Shown here: positions 26,075 to 39,506 of the stretch, in pieces
Layout: each line of letters starts with the position of its first letter
Position numbering within the stretch: position 1 is the first letter of the stretch
NCBI GenBank assembly: GCA_951406725.2
Contig: OX597836.1
Span: 26,474,001 to 26,538,000, forward strand
Direction: 5' to 3'
DNA length: 64,000 bases
Source of the DNA: Octopus vulgaris
Taxonomy: Eukaryota
The notes under the pieces: generated by a model
Told to the model about the DNA's origin: nothing
Databases searched by the model: none
What the model saw: only the letters and a program-made list of their open reading frames with translations
Translations under genes and position numbers: made by a program

Positions 26075-26339
26075 GGCTTCCGTGTCGGTGGCACGTAAAA
26101 AGCACCATCCGAATCGTGGCCGAAGCCAGTGCCACCTCAACTGGCTTCCATGCAGGTGGCACGTAAAATGCACCCACTACACTCATGGAGTGGTTGGCGT
26201 TAGGAAGGGCATCCAGCTGTAAAAACATTGCCAGATAAGACCGGAGCCTGGTGCAGCCTTCTGGCTTCCCAGATCCCCGGTCGAACCGTCCAACCCATGC
26301 TAGCATGGAGAACGGACGTTAAACGATGATGATGATGAT
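26074..26339 (+). mobile_element. Abundant retroposon with (GAT)n tail, RTE-tail-like (copies 6012-6340, 8160-8440, 9488-10015, 25490-25805, 30398-30552, 49850-50250, 50320-50858, 56580-56770, 58658-58990, 62995-63190)
   Basis: Shared ggttggcgttaggaagggcatccagctgta...aacccatgctagcatgga...gacgttaaacgatgatgat. Confidence 0.75.
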
Positions 26340-26376
26340 AAATTCAGCAAAAATTTAGATTCGAAGAAAACCTCTA

Positions 26377-26469
26377 TAATTAGCTGATGAGTACTCAGCA
26401 TCTTAAATCTGTTGTAATACTTACAACATTTAATAAAATGATGTAGTGCGAAACAATTGTACCAAATTA
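26377..26469 (+). ncRNA. Type I hammerhead ribozyme motif with extended stem II
   Basis: CTGATGA (26384-90), GTACT...AGTGC stem II enclosing a long hairpin, GAAA (26450-53), palindromic stem III ACAATTGT, UH = TA (26460-61); stem I imperfect. Confidence 0.7.
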
Positions 26470-26733
26470 CCGGAGTCATTCTTGTTGCTTATTAGCTTGG
26501 CTACAGTTTTAGGATTGAAACATGTAAAAGAATAGAGGGAGAGAGAGGGGCAGGCAGAGAGAGAGAGTCAGACACGACAGGATAGTTGGCACAACATACT
26601 TGAAATAGTATCAGTGGGGGTGGCAGGTGATGAGGGTAGAGGAGAAGCGAAGTATGAATGAGAGAAGATAAAAGACGTAACAAACAGTAAGATAGACATC
26701 TTCATGCATATGCGCATTCACACACATTCACAC

Positions 26734-26771
<38 letters not shown>

Positions 26772-26831
26772 TATTAAATTAGTATCCAATTTTCTCACCC
26801 TTATTAGTTGATTATATATATATATATATAT

Positions 26832-27020
26832 TTTATTCATTTTTTATTTTATTTTATCTAGTTTCAGCTCACGAGCTGTACCCATGCTGGGGCACCGCCA
26901 TTTGCTGTTGCTACATGATTTTACCTCACGAATGCTTTTTAGCAATTGCCATTTGGCGCATGAGAGAGTTCGATGCAGCCGCCCTCATCTGCACCTCCTG
27001 CCGTGAAGTTGGTTCATCCA

Positions 27021-27022
<2 letters not shown>
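26832..27022 (-). mobile_element. Retroelement 3' end sharing a tail with SINE family A (candidate partner LINE)
   Basis: Minus strand ends ggcggtgccccagcatgg...cagctcgtgagctgaaactagataaaataaaaa, with a non-SINE body upstream. Confidence 0.5.
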
Positions 27023-27060
<38 letters not shown>

Positions 27061-27167
27061 TTTTTACAACTATAAATAAGGGTATCTGAGAGACACAGCC
27101 ATGCCGAAATAGCAGTCAAAACCTTGACTCTAAGAACCAAATATATATATATACACATATATATGTG

Positions 27168-27227
<60 letters not shown>

Positions 27228-27313
27228 ATCCAAACAAGAAAACACAGAAAAAAAACACAGCAACGCAAGGACGTGGAACAATTAAAGTATTATTTGACGC
27301 TCAGGAAAGAAGG

Positions 27314-27359
<46 letters not shown>

Positions 27360-27452
27360 ATGCATACATACACAGCCACATGTTTATGTGTATTAAATAT
27401 ACAAAAACATATATCTCATCCAATCCCATATTATCTCTCTCTCACTGCCCGC

Positions 27453-27508
<56 letters not shown>

Positions 27509-27745
27509 GTGTGAAGGATATGCTTTCAAGGTGTGCTACAAATACACATCTACCTTGTTTATCTCCTTGCAAACCTCTTCCTTTACACCTTCATGCCTTG
27601 TTACTATATATAGTACGCCGCCATTAGAACAACATATGTCAAGTTTAACTAAAACTACCCCTGAAGAACACACCCAACTTTCAGTGCAACATACATTGAT
27701 AAGGTGCATCCATACGAGTGTGTGTGTGTGTGTGTGTGTGTGTAT

Positions 27746-28910
27746 AGGGGAACTCTTATATGCTGATGACCTCATTCTTATGGCTGATATAGAAGTAGAA
27801 TTGAGAAGAGAAGTTCCAGGTGTGGAAACAAAACCAGGAAGCAAAGAGCATCAAAGTTAGATGAGTGGAGATAGAAGTTACAGTAAGCAGGATAACAAAC
27901 AGGACTTTTACACCCTTCAGGAAAATGACCCTGTTCAATATGGTGAACCCTGTGCCAGCTACACTCTGAGCACCCAAGAAGTACAGTGGAATTATTGCAA
28001 GCTTAGGATCTTTTCGGTTTGAACAGCAGTTTTTAAAAATAATTTCCACGTAACTAAACACTTTTAAACTTCGTGTACTGGTAGAATGTGTTTATAAATC
28101 ATCTTTTTCTCTTGGCTTTATTGAGAAAATTCTATAGTTTGTAAGATATTTGTTGTTTTTTGTTTTTCTTCAATTTCTGCAATTTCAACCAATCAATGAC
28201 GTCTATTGAGGTGAAAACATTCTGTGCTGTATGAATATGTCCCTCGTTTAAGAAACAGATTGGGTTTATTTACATTTGCGAAGAAAAAAAAATACCCTTC
28301 CCCCCACCCCAACCCTAACCCTAAAACAGATTGAAATGCAATAGATTGATACTAGGGTCATAATTATGGGTGACAATTTCATATGACACTGCTAGAAAAA
28401 AACAGCTGTTCAAACCGAAAAGATCCCAAGCTTAACAGAGAAAACAGACAGACTTTGTATGTGGCACAAGAGCAATAAACACTAAGAACACATGGAAAAT
28501 AGGTTTTCTCAAATGCCCAGGAGAATCCCTAGAGGTAGTTGATAGATTCTGTTACCCAGGTGACCTAATTAGCAGTGGAGGAGGTTGTTCTCAGAGTATA
28601 GCTGTCAGAGTATGAACAGCTGGAGAATGCTCAAAGACTTATTACCTCTGTTGGCAACAAAAGGTTTCTATTTCAGAGAGAAAGGCAAACTCTCTGAGGT
28701 TTGTGTACAAACTCGATTGTGGTATTGAGACTTGGTAAGTCTCCTGAATGTGGAGAACTTCCAAAGGCTACAAAGAAATGAAGCTAGCATGCTCTGCTGG
28801 ATGTGCAACATAAGTGTGCATGTACAATAAAGTGCAAAAGGAATCAGATGTAGTGTATAAAAGAGAAGACTGTGCTGGTGTGGTCATGTTTTACAAATGG
28901 ATGATGTGCT
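27746..28910 (+). mobile_element. Degenerate RTE-clade LINE fragment (RT and C-terminal region)
   Basis: ELLYADDLILMAD at 27750, then EKFQVWKQ, and ESLEVVDRFCYPGDLISSGGGCSQSI...LLPLLATKGF after 28520; stops and frameshifts; interrupted by the 28006-28426 MITE. Confidence 0.8.
28006..28426. mobile_element. Non-autonomous DNA transposon with GG termini and 8-bp TSD (Merlin-like), nested in an RTE LINE
   Basis: TIR GGATCTTTTCGGTTTGAAC / GTTCAAACCGAAAAGATCC; perfect TSD caagctta. Confidence 0.85.
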
Positions 28911-29034
28911 GATCACTTACTGTGGGTAGGACCCCTGGCTTTACATTCATTTTCCATGCTGGCATGGCTTGGACAGTTTGACAGAAGTTGGCAGGCTAGA
29001 AGACAGTGCTAAGTTCTTCTGTCAGCTTTGGCAT

Positions 29035-29069
<35 letters not shown>

Positions 29070-29072
<3 letters not shown>

Positions 29073-29472
29073 GGACATGCCACCTGGGTAGGCAATGTAG
29101 GCAGTGCCTACCCTGAATAAAATAGATTGATAGTAACATTTTCCTCACATGACAAAATATGCACCTAATTCAATAAATTATGATGGTTACTCTGATTACT
29201 CTGCATAAAATACAAAATATTTTATTTTTTTGTAGATTAGGTAGGCATAATTCGCCCCTGCCTTTCAATCTCAGTATTAAAGCAATGCATAGAACTGCTG
29301 TAGTACACATGCTGCATACATTCCTACAACACCGTTTTCTTTACATGCTATAAAGGCAGAAGTAAATCTGCCTCCAGCTCTGTCGCACACTTGTGTTTCG
29401 CTTATTTTTTTGTTTTACTACATAAACATTACCAAATGCCTACCCTGAGTAATTACTGATGGCACGTGCCTG
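29070..29472. mobile_element. hAT-type MITE inserted in (TA)n
   Basis: CAGGGACATGCCA / TGGCACGTGCCTG termini; atatatat flanks; repeated subterminal gcctaccctg. Confidence 0.65.
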
Positions 29473-29475
29473 ATA

Positions 29476-29860
29476 TATATATATATATAAACGGCAGTTT
29501 GTCTGTGCGTGTTTCTGTGTGTCTGTTTTCTCGTACCCTCACTCTGACCACGGCTTTCAACCGATTCTGATGAAACTTGACACACACATAGCCCAATGTC
29601 ATAATTCAAAACTAACGCAGCGAAAATTTTGAAAAGTTCCCCCAGTTCTGAAAAAAATCGATAAATTCGACATGGGGTCGAGAATTAGAAACCCAAACCA
29701 CAGACCGTCTAGGGGACGCAACTCTACCTTTTTTAACTCTCAAAAAAAATTTACCATCATTTTTTTTCCATTTTTTTGCTATTTTTTGGCTATAACTCTC
29801 TAAAAATGCTTTATAGTTATTTCCCTTACAAACCTGAGCAACGCCGGGCGATACTGCTAG
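29476..29860 (+). mobile_element. Non-autonomous Helitron (related partial copy from 63627 onward)
   Basis: 5' tatatataaacggcag with (GTCT) repeats; 3' hairpin cctgagcaacgccggg then CTAG|T. Confidence 0.75.
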
Positions 29861-30020
29861 TATATATATATATATATATATAAAGTGTATGTTAAATGAT
29901 AATGATGATGATGATATATGTAATAAATCAAAAAAGCAGAGAAAAAAACAAGAAAAAAGCAACACAAGGATGTAGTACATGCAAAGTATTAACAAGATGC
30001 TTAGGGAAGGAAATAAATTA

Positions 30021-30068
<48 letters not shown>

Positions 30069-31431
30069 CACACATATATATATTTCTTTATTGCCCACAA
30101 GGGGCTAAACATAGAGGGGACAAACAAGGACAAAGGGATTAAGTCAATTACATCGACCCCAGTGCGAAACTGGTACTTTATTTATCGACCCCGAAAGGAT
30201 GAAAGGTAAAGTCGACCTCGGCGGAATTTGAACTCAGAACGTAACGACAGACGAAATACCGCTAAGCATTTCGCCCGGTGCGCTAACGAGTCTGCCAACG
30301 CCGCCTTTCTGCCACACCACACATATATGTGTGTGTGTGTGTGTATGGGTGTGCATATATACATATCTACATACATATTGGCCACGTTTCTACATTTTGG
30401 CATTAGGGAAGGCATCCAGTTGTAGAAACCATGCCAAATCAGACTGGAGTCTGATGCAGCCTTCCATCTTGCCAGCCCTGGTCAAACCATTCAACCCATG
30501 CCAGCATGGACAACGGACATTAAATGATGGTGAAGATGATGATGACGATGATGTGCGTGTATGTGTGAGTATGTTGTAGTCGCTGTTTATCCTTTTATAA
30601 TCTAATTCCATAACTGGAGTCAATATAAATCAACCAAATGAGCAAATTTGGCTTGGCAGCATGTCCCATGCTTTCACAAATTGTTGCAGGTGCCTGGGAA
30701 GTCATGGGTAGACATAGACAACCTCCCACCTTACCCACTTCCGAACCTTTTATAATCCACACTCACATACAAGCAGGAATTTCAAGCTACTAGACTAGTT
30801 TACCAGTACCTTGCACAGACTAGTATTAATAAACTTGTATTATTTATACTAATGTACAGGTATTCATATTTCATTTAATTATTTATTTAAATTTAAACCT
30901 TTTGGCATTTAAACCAACAATATCCAACAGAAATATTCTTCCTGCTTTATGCTCAAACAGGCCAGAGCCAGCAGCTCGCTCCTACCCTATAATGTCATTT
31001 GTAAAATAAACAATCACATTGTTGAAATCTCAAAGCTATGAGATAATGCATGATTAATTCAAAACAATGTGAATAAATAAGCAATACATCTGGCAGATTA
31101 ATCTGAATGTTAAAGGGTTAATATTTTGTTTCATTACTCAACTAACACTCTACTTGTATTTAAAAAAAAGGGAAGGACACATAACATGATGTAGACCTGG
31201 ATGTGCAAAAAATAAATGGAAATGATCTAGGCTAGGAAGTCTTTGATCCTAGATCAGCTTGGTCATGACTAACCTAGGGCTGAACAACAATAATAATAAT
31301 GCACCCTTTTTTGTAGAAGTGACCTTCCTCTCTTGGTTCTAAGGAAATTGTGGTATCTGGCATACTAACTAAGAAGAGGGATCCTCCTTGTCCTGTTTCT
31401 CATTCAAAATATTATTACAATTATCATTAAT

Positions 31432-31554
31432 GAGGAGGAGGAGAAGAAGAAGAAGAAGAAGAAGAAGAAGAAGAAGAAGAAGAAGGAGGAGGAGGAGGAG
31501 GAGGAGAAGGAGGAGGAGAAGAAGAAGAAGAAGAAGAAGAAGAAGAAGAAGAAG

Positions 31555-31584
<30 letters not shown>
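31432..31584. repeat. (GAA/GAG)n pure polypurine tract
   Basis: Direct reading; source of the poly-Arg ORF. Confidence 0.95.
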
Positions 31585-31585
<1 letters not shown>

Positions 31586-32304
31586 GTCCTGATGCCCTAT
31601 TAGGCAGTGGCTCTTGTGGCTTCTGATCTTAATTGATTGGAAATGTTATCATGTACATTGTTTTGTCTTGGTATAAAAGATGGGCTACAGCAAACATTCT
31701 GCTCCATACCACAGATTTGCTAGTCAGTTGTTTGACCTTAACCAGTTGAGCATGTCCCTTAGTGGCTGACGATATGTGCATCTCTGATCATGAGCAGAAG
31801 TAGTGGGGGAGCATCATAGCCATGTGTTGAGAGGAAATATTTTGGGGTTTGGGTAATTCACCTTTGGAAACATGGGTGTTTCATTCAACATCCTTAAACA
31901 ACCCTTATTCAGGGACCTTTTGAGTGGGATGGGCTACTCGACCTGAAGAAAATTCTAACTGGGCCCCACCTGCAAGGTCATGCATTGTTTAGTAGAGTAG
32001 AAGAGAAAATTGGTGTGGATTTTACTTGCATATGTTCACTTTTGAGTTCAAATCCAGTTCAGAGTCAATATTACCCTTTATGCCTTCCAGAGTTGATTAA
32101 ATCAACCCTTGAACCCCAATATTTTGACTGGTACTTATTTCACTGATCCCAGAAGAAGGTAAGGCAAAGTTGACCTCGACAAGATTTGAACGTAGAACAT
32201 AAAGGGATGTAACTAAACACTGCAAAATATTTAGTTTGTCCCCTGCACCACAAGTTCATGTCATCTACAGAACTTTACCGATTGCTTTCCATTATTCTGC
32301 ATAT

Positions 32305-32608
32305 CACGTGATCACGTGACCGACTAGGCTATCAGATGTTGTTACACATCGCTGGTCACAATGCGCTTCGCATTGTTTTAGCCTTCAAATGACGCCACCC
32401 CGCTGGCTAAGCGAGCAGGCCAACAGAAGAAAGAGTGAAAGTTGTGGCGAAAGAGTACAGCAGGGATCGCCACCATCCCCTGCCGGAGCCTCGTGGAGCT
32501 TTAGGTGTTTTCGCTCAATAAACACACACAACGCCCGGTCTGGGAATCGAAACCGCGATCCTCCAACCGTGAGTCCACTGCCCTAACCAGTGGGCCATTG
32601 CGCCTCCG
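32305..32608 (-). mobile_element. tRNA-derived SINE family D with TSD (partial copy 46162-46335+)
   Basis: Head ggaggcgcaatggcccactggttagggcag...ggtttcgattccc; TSD ttctgcatat at 32295-32304 and 32609-32618; (CACGTGAT)2 tail. Confidence 0.8.
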
Positions 32609-33371
32609 TTCTGCATATAAGAAAATAAAACCTAGTCCAGTCCTTGACTTTATTTAATCAACCACATCTCTCTTCCAATGTGTAACTTTGTGGTATTTCC
32701 TCTGTCTTTACGTTCTGAGTTCAAATTCCACCAAGGTCGACTTTGCTTTTCATCCTTTCGGGGTCAATAAATTAAGTACCAGTTGAACACTGGGGTTGAT
32801 CTAATTGACTGGCCCCCTCCCCCAAAATTTCAGGCCTTGTACCTAGAGTAGAAAAAAATGTGTAACTTTGTGTCTATAAAGAAATCAGTAATTATTGTGA
32901 CTGAGTGTCTTTTGCTAAAGTTGTAAACAGCAGTTGCTACTATGACAACTAGACATCTGACAAACACAGTCTGGCTACAAATACAATAGTCTCACACATG
33001 TTGTAGACAGTAATGACTTGAAAAAATTAAAGTAACTCATACATAGGTAACTCCCATCTAAAAGTGAGGGAGAGGGAGATAACTCCAGTAATATCAAATG
33101 ACTGAAACCTTTGAACAATACTGACCACACAGAATAGAGTGAATTTGGTCACTTTAAAGTCGGTTGGTAAAAGAAAAGCTCGTGTTTTGGTATTATTAAA
33201 CCCCTTCAATGAAATATATTCTGGTTACTTGGAACTATGTGGAGCTTCTCAACCACATGGTTCCAGGTTCAGTCCCACTGCATGGCAGCTTGGGCAATTG
33301 TCTTTGGCTATAGCTCCAGGACAATCAAAGCCTTGTGAGTGGATATAGTATTTGGAAACTGAAAGAAGCAT

Positions 33372-33414
<43 letters not shown>

Positions 33415-33791
33415 AATAGATATAGACATATATAAGGTGAGGTGTCTTTGTGTTTATACTATGTTTGTCCCCCACCATTGCTTGACAACCGATACTGGTT
33501 TGTTTACATCCCTGTAACTTAGAGACTTGGCAAAAGAGACTGATTAAATAAATACTAGGCTTCAAAAAAAATAATTACTGGGGTCGATTTGTTCGACTAA
33601 AACCCTTCAATGTGGTGCCCTAGCATGGCCACAGTCAAATGATTGATAAACAAGTAAAAGTTGAAAGAAGACTAGACAAACAGATAGACATTCAGACAGA
33701 CAGACAGATAGGAAGAGAGAGAGAGGGGGTGAGAGAGAGAGAAGGGGTAGATAATTAGATACATACATAAATAAATACGTACATACATAAT

Positions 33792-33870
<79 letters not shown>

Positions 33871-35024
33871 ATAAATAGAGGACAGCAGTGAGGCTTTTTA
33901 TGGCTAGGAACGACATGGATGAACGGGGGAATACCTCTCGTACCCCCCAATGTAACGTCCAACAAATAAACAAACAGCGGGGTCTCCCTCCCAACTTGTA
34001 TGTCTATTTAGTAAATAAAAGATTTCCCACCAGGTATTTTCCTCTCAGCTATATTTATTGATAATCTGTCTGGCTTAACAGCTTGCCGTAAACTGGTTAT
34101 TTCGTCCGTCCATCCGTCCGTCTGCTAGCTTCCATATGACAGAGTGACATGGAGGGGGAGTCCGATATTTCGGTCATATGTTTTTCGTTTCCATTGTTAT
34201 TCTGCTTCGTTTTAATTATTATAGTGTAATACGCAGCGACTATAAGAAAATGGGGTTTATTTTATAAAGGAAAAATCTATACGTATAACAGTATTAACAA
34301 TAGCAATTATAACACGCCAACAAGGCATCCTCTATGCAGTCGTTCGACAGGCTAGAAATAGCAGCCAGATTGCTTTTCAATTACACCCTACTGTCTCAAA
34401 AAACGGAATGATATATTGATATAATATAGTTCTAGGTGCACTAAAAGACGAGTTGGTCATGGCTGGAATATATTTTGATCGTGGATCTGTTCCATTATTT
34501 GCCACAAGGGCACCAAAAGAAAATATACTAAAGGGTATAAAATTTATAACAAATGTACTAGGTCAAGTGATGAAAAGAAAAATTACATATCCAGTAATTA
34601 TAATGTAATACATACATACATACATACATACATACGCATGAATGCATACATGCATCCATGCATGCAAGTACAATATATGATAATAATATGATGATCGGAA
34701 AGGGAGATATCCATGTCGGGTAGCTCATGGTGCCCTAAATAGACAGATTCCGACAACTGCACTCGACACAAAAGTGCACTCTACACTACTGTCAATATCT
34801 GAACGAAAACTGAAAATTGAGCTTGTCTAACCAAGGCAACACCCTAGTTTCTCTTAAAGGACTAAAAAGTTTCTTCATTTGAAAACAGAATTCGTAAATG
34901 TCAACTTAATAAAGTGTCGGATTTACAGAGAAGTTCAAACGAAGAACTGTAAAGTTCTTGTGAAGTTCATTCGTTGCTGTTGTTGCTGTTAGCGACGCAA
35001 AACATGACGGCAATCTTCCAGCTG

Positions 35025-35089
<65 letters not shown>

Positions 35090-36420
35090 CACCCACATTT
35101 TAATAAATGACAAACCATAATAACAATGAAGGTGATTATTATGGCTTCTGTGATATCAGTAAAGAAGGTTTATAAATAAACAACTAGAATTGTTGTAGTC
35201 GTGGAGACGAGTGGTGATCGTCGAATGGACAGCTCCAGATAGGTCAGACATCCGTCAAGTCGAGGGCCATATTGCATATTCTGCCATGCGATCGTTTAAT
35301 TTAATGTGGTGTAGTACTACAGTCTGTTGTAATTGCTTAGCCCCAAATTAGCCCCAATCGACCGTCTTGTCATTTCTAAGTTGTTGTTTTTTTTTAAAGA
35401 TCTGCTTTATCCGAAACTACATTATTTTGGGCAGGCACGGTCTCTTATTTTTATGCCTAAGTATGATCTGAGGGAGATTTTACTGCTATTGCTAGCAGCT
35501 CGAGCGACAACCATGGAGATGATGGAACCTTTGGTTCCTAATCCAAAGAAAGACAGACCTTAACCCAGAGGAACGATAGCATCACCTTTCAATGGGTTAC
35601 AGCACCAAAACAATCCTGATATTGAAGTAAACATGAGACTGGCAGACAGATGGGACGAACCATATCTACTCTTCTATAAATAAATACATAAATAATAAAT
35701 AAAAGATACTGCGCAGGACTATAGAGGGAGCGTGCGTATATCTACCCGGATTTATCTGTTGGGTACCCCACCTCAATATAAGTACGGTCCCATAATGTAA
35801 TGACTTCTTCCGCAATCTATGTACTGGCACTTTATGTAGTCCAGTCTTAAGAGTACCGGGTACCAAGTGAGAAAGACATCTTTTAGATAGTTCGTATGAC
35901 ATTAGGAAATTTAGTGATGATGATGGTGACAATGATGGATATCATCATGATGAAGACTTCTTACATAGTAGGTACAAGGTCTGGAATTAAGAAGAATATA
36001 GAGGGAGCAGGGGGTCAGTCGATTACATCGACCCAATACTACCGTCCCCCAGCTGTTGATTTGCACTGTATTTTACCGAGTCCGCAGGAAGAAGAAATGG
36101 GAGGATTTGAACTCAGAATGTAAAGAGCCGTAACTAAATACCGACGCCTTAACAAGCTTCATTTTTTGGTGGGTGGGAGAGGCATTTGTGTAGAGCCGGG
36201 TGTACATTGGATTGAACCAATATCAACATACATGCATACATACATAGGCCTAAAAATTAAACCATTAGTACACGTTTATAAAAAGCAAAGTCTTCTTGAC
36301 TTCCGCTGGATTTGAAAACAAAACACATCTGTGAAGCATTAAGATGCCTTACTGCCAACTTACACACACACAGACTTGGAGGTAATGAAATCCCTATCAC
36401 CGAAGGGGCTTCCTCTACAG

Positions 36421-36654
36421 CAGCGGTCCATAACCAGTGTCCGTATGACCCTTGCAGGTCCATATAAGATTTTGTTGATAAAATTTATGTACAATAAATT
36501 GGTTAAACTTCTGCAATGCACGAAAATTCTTTAACAATATTTAATTAAAAAAATATAAAAGGAGTTTTTAAAACATTGAATGGTTATGGGGTTCTCCTTC
36601 GATTAAGAATCAAAGGTGTCCATTGGCAAAAAAAAAAATGACTGAGAACATCTG
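36421..36654. mobile_element. hAT (Charlie-like) MITE, decayed
   Basis: TSD ctctacag/ctctacac; CAG...CTG termini. Confidence 0.65.
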
Positions 36655-39403
36655 CTCTACACTATTGTAGTCCGATGTGCTACAAACAGCAACTAAATCC
36701 CCGACCACTCACTGTTGTCTGAAATGGAAAAATCGAAGGACGACACATTTAGATAATGTAATCCGAGATACACTACAACAGGCAGGATAGCCACAGTTGG
36801 AGCCCCTCTGATCGTTGACAGATCTGCTAGGTCATGACGGACTTGGGGTTAAACAACAACAATAGCTGTAGTAATAATAACAATAATGTGGGTGATAATG
36901 TTTGGTTTGGTGTACCTGCACTTACCTGTGGATATCTTTCACAAGTGAGTGAAATCCGGTGCACACCCAATACTGGACACCAATAATATACAGCTATGTC
37001 GTCAAATCGATATATACATACTGTAATATAATATTATAAACATTATCACGCTTGTTCTTGTTGTTTGGTTTAATTCGGGCAACAATTCCGATTAATTAAA
37101 TAGATGAATAAATGACAAAAACTACAAAGATCTGAGGGAGATCCTACCTAGACGCAAAACCTACAAGAAATAGCAGACAACCTCCCTCAAATCATACAAA
37201 CCATACACCCAAAGTCTTCAAATAAAAAAAAAAGATAAACAAAAAAAGACACGTTGTTGAAATGGTAAAAAAAACTCTCAAGAGATCTAAATAGCAGCAG
37301 AAGAAACCCCACTCAGGCAAGTGTTTCTTTCGGCCCTTAACTTCTTACACTTTAAAGGGGCCGGGACGTAATCCAAGTTATGATTCGTGGACGCCTTTCT
37401 GCTGACACTTTTCAGTTCTGGACCATCCTAAACTAGATAGAATGGTCACAGCTGGAATATCTTTGACCATAGGTTTATTCGATCAGCATTTACCTAGGGC
37501 TAAAAATTAACATATTTAATCAGTGTAGTTAGTCTTCAGTGAACTTTGTCTCCTAATTAGAAACCGGTTGTTTCTTGGAGAACTACGACGAAAAAGATTT
37601 TTAAAAGACCATATACACACGCACGCACAATATATACATCTATATATATTGTGGTAAGTTTAGAAATGGACCCCTGTCAGTTTTAAGGGAATTTCAAACT
37701 GTACTTGTCCGTTCGTAACTCACTTCTTCCATCCTTCCTTTACGGGTGCGAAAAAATAACATTTCACTAACTGCTTCACGGGTCATGGCCAAACCTCACC
37801 GAGACAATAACGAAGCTTTTGTCTGGTCATTCGACTTATAAGAAAGAAATTGTAGCTAAATCGCCTACAAATCCATTCAACCAGCTTTAAAAAGAAATAA
37901 AAGAGCACATCCGATGGCGTAGAACCTTGATACACTATACCTGAAAAATAATAGATGGACTACTCATAGGTTTGCTCGACAAGGAATGAACGGGAGTTAA
38001 ACGATGATAACAAAGTAGGACAGCACATTGGATAATGGAGTCCTAGATGCAATACAATTTGTCCGAATAACAGACAGGACCGAAAAGGCTGGAATATCTT
38101 TGATAAATGTGTTGAGGCTAGCCTGAAGCTGAACAACAACAACGAAGGCAGAACACTTGGTAATGTAGTCCTAGTTACAACGCACTGTAAATAACAGGTG
38201 AAACAGTCACGGCGGAAAGATCTTTGGTCACAGTTTTAATAGATGGAACAAGGCCAGGCCCATCGCAAGACTTTGGTGCCTGGGTATGCTTCAGAATATT
38301 CTGAATGGGCACTCATTTGTAATAATGTGGAGTTTCGAAATAAGTGAATCACTGTAAATTTGAGAGTGCCCCATTGAAAAGTGAGTGGGGGCAGTGCCGT
38401 CCAGTGCATCCCCTTAGCCACAGGCATGATCGAGGTTGACTTGGAGTCAAACCACCACTGTACGTCAATGTTTCCTATTTGGGAACCAGGTGCCACTCCT
38501 TGAAGCAGTGAAGCTCGGTGAGCTCACCCCACTGAGGCCATGTCTTCTGTCCCATAATTGTCCATCGGGGAATAATCCCAGTTAAACTTTAACGAAACAA
38601 TTTTGGCACAAGGCCAGCAATTTTGGGGAAGTAGTAAATCGATTTATATTGACCTCGGTGCATAACTGGTACTTTTTTTTTATCGATCCGAAAGGATGAA
38701 CGGCAAAGTCGACCTCGGTGGAATTTGAACTCAGAGAGTGGAGACGGATGATATGCGGCTAAGCATCTTACCCGGCGTGCTAACGATTCTACCTGTTCGC
38801 CGTCTTAAACTTTTACAAAACAGATTGACGAGAAAGTGTTAAGGCCAGGGCAGCCTGCCTCACATAGGAAGCTCATTTCTGTGTCAAGCTGAGGTGAGAA
38901 TTTTGGCGATCATTCATTGATTAACCTTGACATCGAGCTTGGTATTCACTCGACGGTTGTCAGCAGTGATCATGGGACAGGCTAGTGATTAAAGTGTCAG
39001 GTAGGTTTAAGGTAGGATGGGCGTGTGTTGGAGAATTTAGGAAGTACTGAGCTTTAACAAAACATACTGTAGGTGTAGATTGAAACCGTGATGTATCAAT
39101 AATAAAAGAGGGAGAGAAAAAATACAGTCTGTTCGGTTCTATTGACTAAGTGTGTCGCTACTTGATCATGCGACTACCTAAAACTACGAGTCAAATTCTC
39201 CTCGAATTAAACCCCCACCATTTTAGAAAAGGACACGTTGGGTTATGCGGTCTTGGTTCCCCTGCGCATAAGGTAAAAAAAACAAAACAGAATGGTCACG
39301 GTTGGAATGTCTCTAGTGATCGGGGTTAAAAAACAATGACCAAAGACCATTCTTATGGGGGTTTTTTCAACAAACGAACGAGTGGTTCAATCGTGAGCAC
39401 CTA

Positions 39404-39506
<103 letters not shown>

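Noticed and set aside
28308-28324. CCCTAA telomeric-type repeats
   Set aside because: Only about 2 units, internal to a MITE; not an interstitial telomere
32530-32608. tRNA-like sequences at SINE heads (also 1148, 46162)
   Set aside because: No complete cloverleaf acceptor stem; each continues into a multi-copy SINE body
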